64,000 nt of DNA, taken from the IMG/VR virus record IMGVR_UViG_3300042544_003642; one strand, given 5' to 3'. The translations under genes and the position numbers were made by a program. The DNA is from an uncultured virus (IMG/VR IMGVR_UViG_3300042544_003642). Lineage: Duplodnaviria > Heunggongvirae > Uroviricota > Caudoviricetes. The notes under the pieces are model-generated. The model had not been told where the DNA came from. It ran no database searches and worked only from the letters and a program-made list of their open reading frames with translations. This document shows, one piece after another, positions 62,982 to 64,000 of the stretch (positions are counted from its first letter, which is position 1; each line of letters opens with the position of its first letter).

Positions 62982-63406
62982 TGGCAGTAATCAGCAGAGT
63001 AAATCCCAATTTTCCAGTTCCTGGTATTGATCAAAGCTCAAAAGGCTTTCGAGACAATTTCTCCACTATCAAAACAGAGATTGAAAATCTTCAAGGCAAA
63101 ACAATCTTGATTACTGGCGATGTAGTATCTGGACCAGTGCTTATTGATTCAGGCACAAGTCCAGTAATTATCTCCACAGTGGGTTTGGTGTTTCGTCAAA
63201 GTTTTGTAGCTGCGGACTTAGTGGGAGGTGTGCTCCCAGTAGCTCATAACCTGGGACAGAAAATAGTTTTGGTGCAGGTAAGCAACAATTTGAGCCAAGT
63301 AATAACACCTGATAGCATTACGCTCACAAGTACCAGCGCATGTTCAATTGATTTAACAAGTTTTCTGCCACTTGTGGGTAATTGGAACTTGATAGTGAGG
63401 GCTTAG
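62981..63406 (+). CDS. structural protein sharing the SxGFRDNF N-terminal motif
   Basis: FPVPGIDQSSKGFRDNFSTIK. Confidence 0.65.
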
Positions 63407-64000
63407 CCCTCATTTGCCACACTGCTGAGTTCAATCAAACATGCTGAAAAATTGATCTCAGGATCAGCACACATGGCATGGTCTCTCAGCCGGTTAGCAA
63501 TGATAACAATCGCTGCATTCTGTTGTTTATCACTTGGACCCCACCAGTTGAGATTTTGATACAAAAGTCGATAAGCTTCTTCAAATTCAGCACCTTGCAG
63601 CTTGGGTGCCAACAGCTTTCTGGCTTCTTGAATCTTGCCTTCGCGGAACAGTCCAACAGCTTGCACGATGTAGTCGCTTGTGGCGCTAGCAGTGCCTTCA
63701 CCTGGTCGTTGTAGTGTTTTGTTGATGCAGTTTTGTTGCAGCATGTTGATACACTTGCGTAGATCAGGATAGCATGCTGATACGTAATCATCCAGAATCT
63801 CAAAATTATGTTCAGTGAGATCAATGCCTTCGCTCATAAGAACTGTAGCAATGCGCTCTACAAACTGATCGCGTTCAAGGCTTTGGATTTCAAATGTTTG
63901 GCACCTGCTCTTGAGTGCTGGAATGATTTTGTGACCATAATTAGCAGTGAGAATGAAACGTGCCCCATCACTGTAGGTCTCAACCATGTTGCGCAATCCT
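63403..64000 (-). CDS. clamp loader / RFC small subunit (5' end outside window)
   Basis: RFILTANY..KII.ALKSRC, DLRKCIN, DPEIN. Confidence 0.88.
   Translation of the reverse strand, partial: GLRNMVETYSDGARFILTANYGHKIIPALKSRCQTFEIQSLERDQFVERIATVLMSEGIDLTEHNFEILDDYVSACYPDLRKCINMLQQNCINKTLQRPGEGTASATSDYIVQAVGLFREGKIQEARKLLAPKLQGAEFEEAYRLLYQNLNWWGPSDKQQNAAIVIIANRLRDHAMCADPEINFSACLIELSSVANEG

Overview
A 64-kb segment of a large (jumbo-type) tailed phage genome. It has T4-like TAAATA/TATAAATA late-promoter motifs, sigma70-type promoters, a clamp-loader subunit and large fibre/structural genes. The host is probably proteobacterial, perhaps alphaproteobacterial; this is inferred from homospermidine synthase, HemO/PcyX-like, RpoD and Smr genes. 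Contents: lysis genes, NAD+ salvage (NadM-Nudix, NAMPT carrying an inserted endonuclease cassette), ADP-ribosyltransferase-like genes, Sir2, many auxiliary metabolic genes, two arrays of translationally coupled LRR-like paralogs, and about 27 tRNA genes interspersed with structured RNAs. The standout is a translation-surveillance toolkit with four parts. (1) A leader peptide using 19-20 of the 20 amino acids, coupled to mutually exclusive antiterminator/terminator hairpins directly upstream of the tRNA region, which looks like a universal tRNA-starvation attenuator. (2) An RF1-like release factor interrupted by an in-frame UGA at a conserved Trp position. (3) An amber-suppressor tRNA. (4) Two tRNAs with short structured inserts in the anticodon loop. 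Other features include non-canonical tRNA architectures and a two-unit ncRNA with reciprocal loop complementarity. All calls are by eye from motifs and base-pairing; no searches were run, and ends may be off by a few nt.
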